A stretch of 64,000 bases of DNA from Candidatus Bathyarchaeota archaeon (GCA_963807605.1 CAWECG010000003.1:768001-832000), one strand, 5' to 3'; shown: positions 9,545 through 20,099, counted from the first letter of the stretch. Notes: a model not told the origin generated them from the sequence alone. Numbers and translations are program-made.

Positions 9545-10930
9545 TTGGCAACTGCAGCAAGGAAGTTCTTTGGAACCAATGGTATACGAGGGATTGTCAA
9601 CAAAGAATTAACCCCTCAACTCGTACTTGGTCTCAGCGAAGCCATAGGAACTGCATTCGGCCGCTCGAAGATCCTACTCGGTTGGGATGGGAGAACAAGC
9701 AGCCCGATGCTAGCTGATCTGGCAGCGTCTGGAATGGTGAGCGCAGGGTGTACCGTCTATGATATGGGGATGGCCCCCACACCTGCTGTACAATACCTCA
9801 CAAAGGCTCATAGTTTAAATGGAGCCGTCATGGTGACTGCCAGCCACAACCCTCCTGAATACAACGGAATTAAGGTCATGGACATCGACGGAGTCGAGAT
9901 CCCACCAGAAAAAGAGCTCCTGATAGAGAGAATCTACTTCAAGAAGCAAACATTTCTGCACGACTGGAACAAGTTGGGAGAGAGGCTACCGCTAAACGAT
10001 GGACTTGACAAGTACAGGGAGGCCATCAAAAAGCATGTTGATGAGGCTATAATCAGCAGATCAAAGTTCAAGATCGTCATAGACACAGCAAATGGAGTCG
10101 GCTCACTAGTGACGCCCTACCTAGCAAGAGAGTTGGGTTGCCAAGTGGTAACGATAAACTCTAACATTGATGGAACATTTCCTGGCAGACTACCAGAACC
10201 CACACCCTCAAATCTTGAGTCTCTCTGCCGAATTGTCAGTTCTGTCGGTGCGGATCTCGGGGTCGCCCACGATGGAGATGCGGATCGGGCCATCTTCATA
10301 GACGATAAAGGACTGGTCCAATGGGGAGATAGAAGTTTCGCACTCATAGCTCAACACTACTTGAAAAAAAATTTCGGAGAAGAGATAGTTACTCCTGTCA
10401 GCTCATCCCAAGTAGTAGAAGAGGTGGTGACGAGCTGTGGTGGAAAGGTCGTATGGACCCCAGTTGGCTCACCATACGTCTCAAGGACTATGATGAGCAG
10501 GGGAGCCAAATTGGGTGGAGAAGAGAATGGTGGAGTATTCTATGCCCCGCATATTCCAGTAAGGGATGGTGCGATGGCTACGGCCTTCATGCTTGAGATA
10601 ATGGCTTCAGCCGGTGAGAGACTTTCCACGCTTATGGAGAGACTTCCAAGATACTTCAATGTCAAGGATAAGCTTCCCTGCCCAAGTAGACTCAAATCAA
10701 AGGTGCTCAAGCAGCTTGAGAAGGAGGTTAAGGGCGTCAAGATTGAGACTATCGACGGATTGAAGATCTGGCATACGGACGGAAGTTGGATACTCATAAG
10801 ACCGAGTGGAACTGAGCCGGTGTACAGGATCTTTGCGGAGGCTAGGTCACAGGGTGAAGCCCTCTCCCTGACCTCGAGATATAAGAAGCTGATATCCAGA
10901 GCTATAAAGAGAAGTAGTCGGCGAAGCTGA
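9545..10930 (+). CDS. glmM: phosphoglucosamine mutase / phosphomannomutase
   Basis: FGTNGIRG, TASHNP, DGDADR, GEENG, RPSGTEP. Confidence 0.9.
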   Translation: MATAARKFFGTNGIRGIVNKELTPQLVLGLSEAIGTAFGRSKILLGWDGRTSSPMLADLAASGMVSAGCTVYDMGMAPTPAVQYLTKAHSLNGAVMVTASHNPPEYNGIKVMDIDGVEIPPEKELLIERIYFKKQTFLHDWNKLGERLPLNDGLDKYREAIKKHVDEAIISRSKFKIVIDTANGVGSLVTPYLARELGCQVVTINSNIDGTFPGRLPEPTPSNLESLCRIVSSVGADLGVAHDGDADRAIFIDDKGLVQWGDRSFALIAQHYLKKNFGEEIVTPVSSSQVVEEVVTSCGGKVVWTPVGSPYVSRTMMSRGAKLGGEENGGVFYAPHIPVRDGAMATAFMLEIMASAGERLSTLMERLPRYFNVKDKLPCPSRLKSKVLKQLEKEVKGVKIETIDGLKIWHTDGSWILIRPSGTEPVYRIFAEARSQGEALSLTSRYKKLISRAIKRSSRRS

Positions 10931-10931
10931 C

Positions 10932-11927
10932 TTGCTGGAAACTTACTTACCCGCAGCCTTAACATTGATCGTCAGTTTTGTCTTGACCTTTCTACTGCTT
11001 CCTCCTGTCTCTAATATAATGCGCAAGTATGGGATCGTTGGGGTTGACGTTCACAAGCTTGACAGGCCTTTGATTCCTGAGATGTGCGGTCTGGCTTTGG
11101 TTGTGGGCGTGACAGCCTCGACAATTGTTGTAGGTTTATTCTACAGTAGATATGTTGTTGTGGTTCTTGCCTTTGTGTCCGCAACCTTAATAGTTGCTGT
11201 TGTTGGCGTTGTTGACAGATTAGCAAATATAGGTCCGAAGTTGAAGCCCGTACTCACCGCATTTGGGGCTGTCCCAATTCTTCTTTTGTCAGCCTACAGT
11301 CCACGTCCTGTCCTGCCTTTTATCGGAGCTACAAGGCTAACGATAATTTATCCCATTCTCATTTTTGTCGCTATAGCAGTCACGTCAAACTCAACAAATA
11401 TGTTAGATGTTTTCAACGGCTCCTTAACTGGAACATGCTCTGTTGCTGTGGGTGCCATAATTGTCTGCACTTTTCTGGTGGGCCGCGCCGAAACTGCTGC
11501 TCTGGCAGCAGCTCTGCTTGGCGGTCTTATTGCTTTCCACATTTACAATAGATATCCTGCCAAGGTCTTTGCTAGTGATATCGGCAGCCTTTACGTGGGT
11601 GCAGCAATTGGAGCATTAGCTATTCTCGGTCATATCGAGGTGGCGGCTGTGACAGCTATGATGCCGCAGATAATGAACTCTTTCTATGGGTTGGTGGCAG
11701 TAGGCAGATTATATGAGCGGAGGGAGATCTCCTCACGACCCATAAAGATCCTGCCTGACGGAAGGCTTGCGGCTAGCAGAGATGTGAAGGCACCTATAAC
11801 GCTCTCACGCATGATCTTGGCTCGAACCCCTCTAAAGGAGTATGAGGTCACCAAATACATGGTGGTGCTCTCCTCCGTCTCGGCCATCCTAGCAGTTTTC
11901 ACGCAACTCTTGATAGTATGGCGGTAG
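10932..11927 (+). CDS. UDP-GlcNAc:dolichyl-phosphate GlcNAc-1-P transferase (MraY/GPT family, AglH-like)
   Basis: DVHK..PEMCG, NSTNMLDVFNG, YNRYPAKVF.SD.GS; polytopic membrane protein. Confidence 0.85.
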   Translation: MLETYLPAALTLIVSFVLTFLLLPPVSNIMRKYGIVGVDVHKLDRPLIPEMCGLALVVGVTASTIVVGLFYSRYVVVVLAFVSATLIVAVVGVVDRLANIGPKLKPVLTAFGAVPILLLSAYSPRPVLPFIGATRLTIIYPILIFVAIAVTSNSTNMLDVFNGSLTGTCSVAVGAIIVCTFLVGRAETAALAAALLGGLIAFHIYNRYPAKVFASDIGSLYVGAAIGALAILGHIEVAAVTAMMPQIMNSFYGLVAVGRLYERREISSRPIKILPDGRLAASRDVKAPITLSRMILARTPLKEYEVTKYMVVLSSVSAILAVFTQLLIVWR

Positions 11928-11930
11928 ATT

Positions 11931-12188
11931 ATGAGGACGGTAATTGGTCTAATCTTGATAATAGTTGTTGTCTGGATTACCATGCTGGCAGGTTTAGTTC
12001 TAATCTTTGTCACCCTGCCTTTTCTCACCTCAACACTCTCAGGGGAATTAGGAAGAGTGTTCGAGCAGGTAATTTTGGCAGGGTTGTCGATTATCGCAGC
12101 CTTTGTCTGGTTGACCATGTGGAGAGAACTGGCATTCAGGTATTTTTCGAGAATCCTCAGGAGAAATGAGGGGTCGGATGGGAGCTGA
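11931..12188 (+). CDS. small two-TM membrane protein
   Basis: ATG 3 nt after upstream stop; two hydrophobic helices. Confidence 0.65.
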   Translation: MRTVIGLILIIVVVWITMLAGLVLIFVTLPFLTSTLSGELGRVFEQVILAGLSIIAAFVWLTMWRELAFRYFSRILRRNEGSDGS

Positions 12189-12302
12189 GTGAAAACCCCC
12201 TTAGAGAGGCTGAAATAGACTCAGTTTTCATTGGTCCATCAGGACTGGATCAACTGCTCGAAGAATTTCCTGGATCCACTTATAGCATCCTTTGGAGTAT
12301 CG

Positions 12303-13358
12303 CTACTGATTGATGTTGTCGATGATTACTTTCAATGGATCCTCCATGCTTCGGAGAAGTTCTCGGGCTCTAATTCTATTCTCTGCTTGATAGACTTCGT
12401 CATTCAACCAGCTCAGAGTCTGTTCAGCTATCGATGCAGGATCGGTCAAGCGAGTGAGTAAGCCTTTCTCTTGAAGAAATGACTCCACGCGGGTAGGTCC
12501 CGCTGGAAAGTACGATATCGTAGGCACACCCATCATCGCGGCTTCAGCAGTCATTGTTCCGCCGCCGCCTATGAAAACCGATGTTGATGCCAGAAGAGTA
12601 GGCCCCCGGATGAGGGTCTTGGGAATAGTCACATTCTTCTGGAGTCTCTTGAACTGTGCCATATGTTGACTGTACCTTGGGAGAACAACAATTCTGGCTT
12701 TGCATTGCTTCCTTGACAACTCCTGTACGATTCTCAAGCCCAGATTCCTCCAATCTCCGTTCCTGTTCATCAAATACGCCGCAAATGACTCTTCGAGTCT
12801 CAGAGTGACTATCTTAGATTCTGTTCGCAATCCATGTCTTTCCAGTTCTCTCTGGTCCGGCTTGACATCCCTTATCCAGACGTAGGGATCCAAGGCGTTG
12901 TACTGTTTGATCTTTGAGAGTGATATGCCATATTGGGTCCAGTCCTCCTTCGGGATGATTGCGGGAGAGAAGAGTCTGGTTGACAGAGGAATTGTAAGTC
13001 TTGAGACGGCCTCGGCATGTGGTGAGTCACTAATGCAGTAGAATGGTATCGAGAGGCCATATGCCGACCGAGCGGCTTCGACAGAAGGAAAAGCAACAAC
13101 GAGATCTACACCGACACTCTTAATCAGCCTAGCAATTCTCGCGGTTCGTGTAAGGCTCTCCTGGAGTTTGCCTTCCAGGGTCGATCTATACGCACCGATT
13201 ACTGTGGCTTTCATTTTTTTCATTCGGAGCAGTTGGAGAGTCTCATGAAACTTCCTAGTAACCCTGGTTACCTTGTGGCCTTTATCTTCAAGCCTATTCG
13301 AGAGCTCTCCAAGGAAAAGTACCTGCTTCGGAGTTAGAATATCCACAAGTATCCTCAA
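12303..13358 (-). CDS. DUF354 family GT-B glycosyltransferase-like protein
   Basis: ILVDILTPKQ, DSPHA, GGGGTMTAEAA.MGVPTIS. Confidence 0.88.
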   Translation of the reverse strand: MRILVDILTPKQVLFLGELSNRLEDKGHKVTRVTRKFHETLQLLRMKKMKATVIGAYRSTLEGKLQESLTRTARIARLIKSVGVDLVVAFPSVEAARSAYGLSIPFYCISDSPHAEAVSRLTIPLSTRLFSPAIIPKEDWTQYGISLSKIKQYNALDPYVWIRDVKPDQRELERHGLRTESKIVTLRLEESFAAYLMNRNGDWRNLGLRIVQELSRKQCKARIVVLPRYSQHMAQFKRLQKNVTIPKTLIRGPTLLASTSVFIGGGGTMTAEAAMMGVPTISYFPAGPTRVESFLQEKGLLTRLTDPASIAEQTLSWLNDEVYQAENRIRARELLRSMEDPLKVIIDNINQ

Positions 13359-13534
13359 TATTCCGGACCTACACTACGGCCTTAACATATGATCCAACCC
13401 GACGTGTACGAGAGATATCTCTGTTTCCATAGGCAGGAAATCATTCTGATGCTATCCTTTAAGTGAAGAGCAGTTAATAATTCTGATCAGCACAACGATG
13501 TATCAATCACTCGTTTGAATATCGGTGGGAAACG

Positions 13535-14914
13535 TTGCCTGTAATGAAACATAAGCCTGAAGAGGTCGCCAAGGAACTTGGACGTGGAAAAATTACAGTA
13601 GCCGTAATAGGCCTTGGATGGATGGGGCTTCCCTTGGCCTGTCTCTTCGCAGAGGCGGGAGCCAATGTTCTTGGTGCGGACAAAAACCAGAAGTTAGTTG
13701 AAAAGATTAACAGAGGCGAGTCGCCGATCGATGAGCCCAAGCTACCTCAGCTTGTGGCTAAACACGTCAGCTCAGGCAGACTCAAGGCGCTAGAGAACGT
13801 GGAGAAGGCCGCCTCAACAAGTGACGTAGTGATAATAACCGTTCCAACACTCGTCGATTCTCAAAAGCAAGCAGACTACACTATTCTGGAATCCGCCTGT
13901 AGAGAAATTGGCAAAGGACTGCTACCTGGAACCATAGTGATATTGATGAGTACAGTGGGTCCGACTGTTGTTGAGAGATTAATCAAGCCCGTCTTGGAGA
14001 AGCATTCAGGTCTGATTGCTGGAGATGACTTCGGTCTAGCCTACAGCCCCATAAGGGCGATGGGCGGAAGAGCCCTTAGAGACATTCAAGAGTACAAGAA
14101 GGTCGTAGGGGGACTTGACCAAGCCAGCCTTAAGATCGCCTCGGCGGTTCTTAGTACAATTGTCAAAGGAGGAATAGTTGAGACTAGCGATCTCAAGACG
14201 GCTGAGGCGTCAAAGATTTTTGAAACTGTCTACAGGGACCTCAACATAGCCCTAGCGAACGAGCTCGCCCTCTACTGCGAGAGGTCGGGAATAGATTATC
14301 TTGAGGCTATGCAGGCAGCGAATAGTCAACCATACTCTCATCTACACTACCCAGGAATAGGGGTTGGCGGCCATTGCCTCCCACTCTACCCATACATGTT
14401 ACAATCCGAGGCTCACTCTCTAGGTTTGAAACTTAGACTCGTCAAGACTGAAAGAAGGATCAATGATGAAATGCCAAGACATGTTGCACGCCTGGCGGCT
14501 TCAGGTCTTCGCCAAGTCGGAAGATCACTTACCAGAGCAAAAGTCACTGTGCTGGGAATATCGTATCGTGCAAATGTAAAGGAGACAAGATATTCCCCAA
14601 CTATCGAATTGATAGAGGCTCTGATGAGAAGAGGGAGCAAAGTTACGGTCTACGATCCAAAATTCGTGTACACGGAGATCAAGACGATGGGTTACAATTG
14701 TGAAGCAACGTTTGAAACAGCAGTCTCAAATGCGGAATGCGTCATTGTGACCGTTGGTCACGACGAGTTTAAGGCAATTGATCCGAAGAATCTAGCAGCC
14801 CTTGCAACAAAGGGCTGTGTTCTAGTTGACGCCGCAGGAATCTTGGATCCGAAGGCTATTGAGAAGGCAGGGATGATTTACAGAGGCGTCGGCAGAGGAA
14901 TCTGGACTAGATAA
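13535..14914 (+). CDS. nucleotide-sugar dehydrogenase (WecC/WbpA family)
   Basis: GLGWMG Rossmann motif, GVGGHCLP catalytic Cys, SYRANVKETRYSP. Confidence 0.9.
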   Translation: MPVMKHKPEEVAKELGRGKITVAVIGLGWMGLPLACLFAEAGANVLGADKNQKLVEKINRGESPIDEPKLPQLVAKHVSSGRLKALENVEKAASTSDVVIITVPTLVDSQKQADYTILESACREIGKGLLPGTIVILMSTVGPTVVERLIKPVLEKHSGLIAGDDFGLAYSPIRAMGGRALRDIQEYKKVVGGLDQASLKIASAVLSTIVKGGIVETSDLKTAEASKIFETVYRDLNIALANELALYCERSGIDYLEAMQAANSQPYSHLHYPGIGVGGHCLPLYPYMLQSEAHSLGLKLRLVKTERRINDEMPRHVARLAASGLRQVGRSLTRAKVTVLGISYRANVKETRYSPTIELIEALMRRGSKVTVYDPKFVYTEIKTMGYNCEATFETAVSNAECVIVTVGHDEFKAIDPKNLAALATKGCVLVDAAGILDPKAIEKAGMIYRGVGRGIWTR

Positions 14915-14970
14915 TCAAATTACTAGAGAAAGCATAAGTAAAATAGTGTAGTTCCACAGCTCGACTTACA

Positions 14971-16248
14971 GTGATAACATTGTCCGAAGGATCAGCTCTG
15001 CTCAGAGATGTCCTATCTAGAATGGATGAAGCCGCTACTAGACTGAAGATCGATTGGAATATCTACAAGACCCTAAGGACTCCACGTACCTCCCTTACAT
15101 TCACGTTTCCAATAAAGATGGACAACGGCTCCGTGGAAATGTTCACTGGATACAGAGTACTCTACAATTACGCAAGAGGACCGAGCAAGGGTGGTGTACG
15201 ATACCATCCGGACGTCAACCTTGATGAGATTACGGCGCTCGCAGCTATCATGACGCTAAAATGTGCCGTGGTAGGAGTGCCTTTCGGAGGAGCCAAAGGC
15301 GGAGTAGCGTGCGATCCACGTAAGATGTCAATCGATGAGTTAGAACGGCTAACTCGAAGATACACCTACATGATCCTTCCTATTTTGGGGCCGGAAAAGG
15401 ACATCCCGGCACCAGACGTTAACACAAACCAGCAGACTATGGCTTGGATGATGGATACGTACAGCATGCTCACAGGTCACACAGTATTGGGGGTTGTGAC
15501 AGGTAAACCGTTCCAATTGGGCGGATCAAAAGGAAGAAGCTACGCGACAGGAAGAGGAGTTGCATACACAACTTCAGAGGTATTAGACCACCTGAACATC
15601 CCGATCAAAGATACCAAAGTCGCCGTACAAGGCTTTGGAAATGTGGGCTCAAACACAGCAAGATTCCTACACGAAGATGGCTGCAAGATCACAGGCGTAA
15701 CCAGTCTCAGCGGAGGAGGACTCTTCAATGAGAATGGACTGGACATACCCGCCCTCCTCGAACATGTGAAGAACAAGGGAACGATATCTGGATTCAAAGA
15801 CTGTGAGTTTGTCACTGATTACCAAAAAGCAAACGAAAGACTCTTGAAATCAGAAGTGGACATCTTGATTCCGGCCGCACTTGAGAACCAGATAACGGAG
15901 AAGAATGCAGCAGAAGTCCGCGCGAAAATCATAGTCGAGGGTGCAAATGGCCCCACAAATAGCCTAGCAGATAAGATACTGGCTGAAAAGGGAAAAGTAG
16001 TCGTCCCGGACATAGTTGCAAATTCTGGAGGAGTCATAGTCTCCTACTTCGAATGGGTTCAAGACGTCCAAGCGTACCTGTGGACCGAGGACCAAGTCAA
16101 CCAGCGATTGAAAGAAGTGATAACAGAGGCGTTCAACAGGGTCTGGGACATGACTGAGGAATACAAGACGAGTATGCGCCGTGCAGCCTATATGGAAGCT
16201 GTTTGGAAGGTCGTCGAAGTAACCAAGATGAGAGGAATCTTTCCTTAA
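14971..16248 (+). CDS. gdhA: glutamate dehydrogenase
   Basis: KGGVRYHP, PFGGAKGG, DIPAPDVNT, QGFGNVG, EGANGP, GGVIVSYFEW. Confidence 0.95.
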   Translation: MITLSEGSALLRDVLSRMDEAATRLKIDWNIYKTLRTPRTSLTFTFPIKMDNGSVEMFTGYRVLYNYARGPSKGGVRYHPDVNLDEITALAAIMTLKCAVVGVPFGGAKGGVACDPRKMSIDELERLTRRYTYMILPILGPEKDIPAPDVNTNQQTMAWMMDTYSMLTGHTVLGVVTGKPFQLGGSKGRSYATGRGVAYTTSEVLDHLNIPIKDTKVAVQGFGNVGSNTARFLHEDGCKITGVTSLSGGGLFNENGLDIPALLEHVKNKGTISGFKDCEFVTDYQKANERLLKSEVDILIPAALENQITEKNAAEVRAKIIVEGANGPTNSLADKILAEKGKVVVPDIVANSGGVIVSYFEWVQDVQAYLWTEDQVNQRLKEVITEAFNRVWDMTEEYKTSMRRAAYMEAVWKVVEVTKMRGIFP

Positions 16249-16262
16249 GAGGTGAGACACCC

Positions 16263-16538
16263 TTGAAGAAGAAATTAATGGATATACTTGCATGCCCCAT
16301 AGACAAGCATCACCCACTAGAACTCTACATCTTTGAAGAGAAAACTGAGATCAGTGAGGGAGTCATCGTATGTCCTCAATGCAATAGATTCTATCCAATA
16401 ATTGATGAGATACCTCACATGCTACCAGACAACCTCAGATCAAAAGAGGAAGACCTGAAATTCCTCAGAAAATGGCAAGCAAAATTCCCTGAGAAAGTGG
16501 TTAAAGAGGGAAAACCCTTCAACCTAGCGACGAGCTAA
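16263..16538 (+). CDS. trm112: Trm112-family methyltransferase activator
   Basis: LMDILACP..K, CPQC.RFYPIIDEIP.ML; TTG start after GAGGTGA RBS. Confidence 0.88.
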   Translation: MKKKLMDILACPIDKHHPLELYIFEEKTEISEGVIVCPQCNRFYPIIDEIPHMLPDNLRSKEEDLKFLRKWQAKFPEKVVKEGKPFNLATS

Positions 16539-16684
16539 CATGCAATAAGCCTTGATTCTGAACGTTGCTTGGCCCCACTAATCTTCGAAGTACGAGATTA
16601 GTGGTCCCCTGAATCAGGGAAAGCAAAGATGAAAAGCATCCTCGCAACATGAAAATAGCTGTTTGCCAACAGTTGCTTAGGAAT

Positions 16685-16778
16685 AGCCCGGTAGTGTAGC
16701 GGACAAAGGATCGTTTCCGTCTAGGCATAGCGGGCTTTGGACCCGTTGACGGGAGTTCGAATCTCCCCCGGGCTACCA
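16685..16778 (+). tRNA. tRNA-Gln(TTG) with 18-nt D-loop intron and encoded CCA
   Basis: A1-U72 acceptor AGCCCGG/CCGGGCT, anticodon arm GCGGG-CTTTGGA-CCCGT, T-arm GGGAG-TTCGAAT-CTCCC; intron 16707-16724 in a BHB motif. Confidence 0.92.
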
Positions 16779-16931
16779 CCCCTTTTTTGTGTTTAAGCAG
16801 TATTCTGCAAGCTCGCTATTACACAAGTGTGCGTTACTCGTACTTGTGGATATGTCTCTGTAGAAGATAGCCCCCTAAACCATAAGTCAATGACCGCTCT
16901 TCTAGTATTTTCAAGATGACTGGAGGCAATG

Positions 16932-17119
16932 TGTTCACTTTGTTCAGATTAATGTTCAAATGTTCACTATTTTGTTCAAATGTTCAAACGTAATGTTGTC
17001 CGGAAATAATTGGAATACACTCTTGCCATATACCCCAGCTAATAGGTAATATTGGAGATTTAATAGTAATATTCCAGAAACAATGTCCGTTCTGATACAT
17101 CTGAATGAACATTTGAACA
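16932..17119. repeat. TGTTCA hexamer array, six direct and two inverted copies
   Basis: TGTTCA at 16932, 16941, 16953, 16961, 16973, 16981; TGAACA at 17106 and 17114. Confidence 0.85.
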
Positions 17120-17152
17120 AGCAAAGCGTGTACGAGGTAGACAGCACGCGCT

Positions 17153-17473
17153 ATGGTATTCCCATCGCCTTGGATGCCTATCGACGTACGAGTTGCTTCT
17201 CGACGTTCCTCTAGCAGTTTCGTACATAGAAATATGTTCATGAGCTTGCACCAAGAGAATGTGATCTTGCGATTATCTGAGAAAGATAGAGAAGCATTCT
17301 TAGGACTTGAACAGGCTAGTCAATTCGGGCCCATGCCGGGAAGGGTGACGAAGGAGTATGTCGCTGTTCCCCCACAGATGCTCAAGAATGTGACTATCCT
17401 GAAGAAATGGATCAAACGGTCACTAGAGTACGCCTCAGATTTGCCGCCAGAAGAAAAGAGTAAAAGGAAATAA
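17153..17473 (+). pseudogene. TfoX/Sxy N-terminal-domain-like protein, probably 5'-truncated
   Basis: FVHRNMF..L...VILRL, FGPMPGR..KEYV.VP, WIKRSLEYA.LPP; the first ~20 residues look unrelated. Confidence 0.6.
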
Positions 17474-17590
17474 TAGCCACGTCGGTGCCCCCTGCACGAA
17501 GGGTTCTTACGCAAGTTAACCCAAACAGATGGCTAGCATGAGATCATCAATCTCCCGCCAATTGCCGCAGCTCCTGCTTTGATGAATTGA

Positions 17591-18289
17591 GTGATAGGAA
17601 TGCCTTTCTGTGTCAAGTGTGGAAAACAACTCGAAACCGGTGCAAAATACTGCCTATACTGTGGGAAACCCGTCGCGTCACCACTTCCACCCTCACCTAA
17701 AGTATCACATGAAGAAGGAAAAATCTTGGCGGCGATACTTATCGTGAGCTTACTAGTGATAGGGGGCTTGTTATTCTTCGTACTTCAACCCCGGGCACCA
17801 CTACGCGTCATGATACCATTTCCAACGGCACAAAATCCTGAACCTGGACCTACGTCAACCCCAACTCTACCGTCTACACCTTCACCAGCTCCGGCCCAAA
17901 ACCAAACCCCTACAAATGAAGAGGGGCAAATTCGCAATGTCTTGACGGGTTATTTTGAGGCACTCAATCGGCATTCACCTGAGGATGCGGACACATTCTT
18001 TACAGATAATGTTGAGATACAGATCAATCACGGCAAAGATTACAATTACACGGGCCCCAGAGAAGGCGTGAAGTCATTTCTATCAACGGGTTTCAGCATA
18101 GCCCCTGACGCAACCATTACCAACCTAACCTTCTCAAATATGAACATAAATGGGAATGATGCAACAGTCCAAGCTAACTACGTTGTTTCCTCTAAATCGT
18201 ACAATCTCTCGTACAGTGTCACCGAACATATTGAGCTAACCAGAGAGAGCGGAGTTTGGAAGATAGCCAAGACAGACATTGTCTTCTAA
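17591..18289 (+). CDS. zinc-ribbon + TM + Pro/Thr linker + NTF2/SnoaL-like domain protein
   Basis: CVKC/CLYC ribbon, TM helix, IRNVLTGYFEALN, FTDNV, RESGVWKI. Confidence 0.8.
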   Translation: MIGMPFCVKCGKQLETGAKYCLYCGKPVASPLPPSPKVSHEEGKILAAILIVSLLVIGGLLFFVLQPRAPLRVMIPFPTAQNPEPGPTSTPTLPSTPSPAPAQNQTPTNEEGQIRNVLTGYFEALNRHSPEDADTFFTDNVEIQINHGKDYNYTGPREGVKSFLSTGFSIAPDATITNLTFSNMNINGNDATVQANYVVSSKSYNLSYSVTEHIELTRESGVWKIAKTDIVF

Positions 18290-18374
18290 CATGAGTGGCA
18301 CGCTCACACTTTATATGGAAAGGCTGCAAATTGGGTCAAACGAGAACTGAAAGCAACTGACCCGCGACATTAAG

Positions 18375-18764
18375 ATGCTGATTAAGTTTGTAGAAATCTA
18401 CTGCGGTAACAAGCATGAGTCACGTCATAAGAGTCAGTGGAGTTCCGTTGGTGGAGATGTGGAAGGGAAAGGAAATGATGGATCTCAGCTCTGTCAGGAA
18501 TGCCGCGAACTACTCGACTACTCCATTATGAGGCGAAGACTGTGCCCTTTAGATCCTAAGCCCATGTGTAAGAAATGTAAGATTCACTGTTATTCCAATG
18601 AGTATCGGTCAAAGATTAGGGATGTTATGAGATTCTCGGGAACGACCCTTACATTCTTGTTAAGTACTAATTCTGTTAGATTTTGTACCGAGTATTTATT
18701 GAGCCGTTTGTCTAGGTGGTTGAATGGCATGATGCGGGGACTCAAGTGCGTCTCTGATTTTTGA
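18375..18764 (+). pseudogene. YgbA-like (nitrous-oxide-stimulated promoter family) protein with disrupted C-terminus
   Basis: IYC..KH, LCQECRELLDY, CPLDPKPMCKKCKIHCY, VMRFSG, then unrelated sequence from ~18642. Confidence 0.7.
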
Positions 18765-19004
18765 ATGATTTCCTAGTATTTCTTGAGGCTAAACCTCAGT
18801 TTGCCGGCTTGAGTTCTGATGGGTTGATTTGGTTTCAGAAGAGGGCTGTTCGTGAGTTCGTAAGTATGTGTTGCTTATGCTTTGCAGTAGTATGTTCAGC
18901 AGAAGCCAGCGCGCGTTCCACTTGACTGTTCAAAAGCCTATTCTTCGGAAAAAGGAATTGACTCATTAGCATTCTACGCTTTGGGAGGATCAAAGTACAG
19001 CAAG

Positions 19005-19712
19005 TTATAGGCTCTTACAGCGTGTTCTATAGCTTCTGTTCTTTTCCCTTGCTTGATCGAGAGATCTAGCAACATCATATTCCTTTCTTGCCTCTGAAAG
19101 GGCGGGTTTCTCATCCGAAATTTCAACGAGTTGACCTGCGAGAAGAAGTATTTCGTCTAAGAAGGTGTAGTTTAGGTAGGGGAGTTTTTCATAGTGTTCC
19201 ATCCTGTCTCTGTATCCTTCAAATCGTTTTCTCTCTTTAGAAAGTTCAGCTAGACTTCGTCCAGATTGGGCGACAGTCTCTAGCGCATTTTCAAAATTGA
19301 ATCTTGACACGGGCGTAGGGTCTATGCCTCTAATCTGTCTGTGGTAGAAGAAACGGTAGAGAGTCTGTATAGCAGAGCATAGACCTATTCCAGTGTTCCC
19401 AGCTACTGAGATGCCTAACCCATATTTTCCTTTGACATCGCAAATCTTCACGGTGTCCATGTAGTTTTTAGTTAGACCATTTATGCTGCCCCAATAGACG
19501 GGTGCACCCATGACGTACGCATCAGCTGCCTCCCATAAACTGTTTAACTTATCAGGACAACTGACTTCCTCGGTGTAGAATGGAACCTTGTAATCTATTA
19601 AGTAGACTTTCTCAGTTTCCACACCAGTCACTTTCGCACCCTCCAAGCATCTGGTGACGAGTTGGTCAGTCAGCCTGCCTCTTCTGGGGCTCCCAACGAT
19701 TCCAAGAATCAT
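19005..19712 (-). CDS. flavodoxin-like NAD(P)H-dependent FMN reductase family protein
   Basis: ILGIVGSPR, GAPVYWG; probable frameshift near 19060 (alternative frame reads IKQGKRTEAIEHAVRAYNLLYFDPPKA*). Confidence 0.8.
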   Translation of the reverse strand: MILGIVGSPRRGRLTDQLVTRCLEGAKVTGVETEKVYLIDYKVPFYTEEVSCPDKLNSLWEAADAYVMGAPVYWGSINGLTKNYMDTVKICDVKGKYGLGISVAGNTGIGLCSAIQTLYRFFYHRQIRGIDPTPVSRFNFENALETVAQSGRSLAELSKERKRFEGYRDRMEHYEKLPYLNYTFLDEILLLAGQLVEISDEKPALSEARKEYDVARSLDQAREKNRSYRTRCKSL

Positions 19713-19886
19713 TCTTACCACGACATAGATATGTGTAACATAAATCATCCTATATAATTCGATCAGTTACACTGAAGATCTACATTCTGACTTGGTATTC
19801 ATAGCCCCCTGTGTGTTAGTTAGTAAGGTTTGTGACTTACCCAGAGCTAAATTGCAGTTCTTCCTAATTGTTGTGTGTAACGAGCG

Positions 19887-20099
19887 TTGGGATCCAGCAC
19901 TACGCCTGACATAGAATTTTGTATATGCGGTTATTGCCCCACTTTCAAGGCTAGCCCCTTGTCAGGCAGGGTTTTCTGTGCAAAAGGAGAAGCCGAGGAA
20001 GAAGCCAAGAAGTTTGGTTGCGTATGCAATGCCTGTCCTACCTTTAGCAAATATGGATTGAAGGACGAATACTTCTGCGTCATTGGAAAGTCGCTTTAA
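19887..20099 (+). CDS. DUF2769-like Cys-rich protein
   Basis: CICGYCPTF, FCAKG, CVCNACP, YFCVIG. Confidence 0.75.
   Translation: MGSSTTPDIEFCICGYCPTFKASPLSGRVFCAKGEAEEEAKKFGCVCNACPTFSKYGLKDEYFCVIGKSL

Noticed and set aside
16685-16778. Reading this tRNA as tRNA-Pro (TGG)
   Set aside because: The 7-nt loop CTTTGGA centres on TTG, and the A1-U72 pair is typical of archaeal tRNA-Gln
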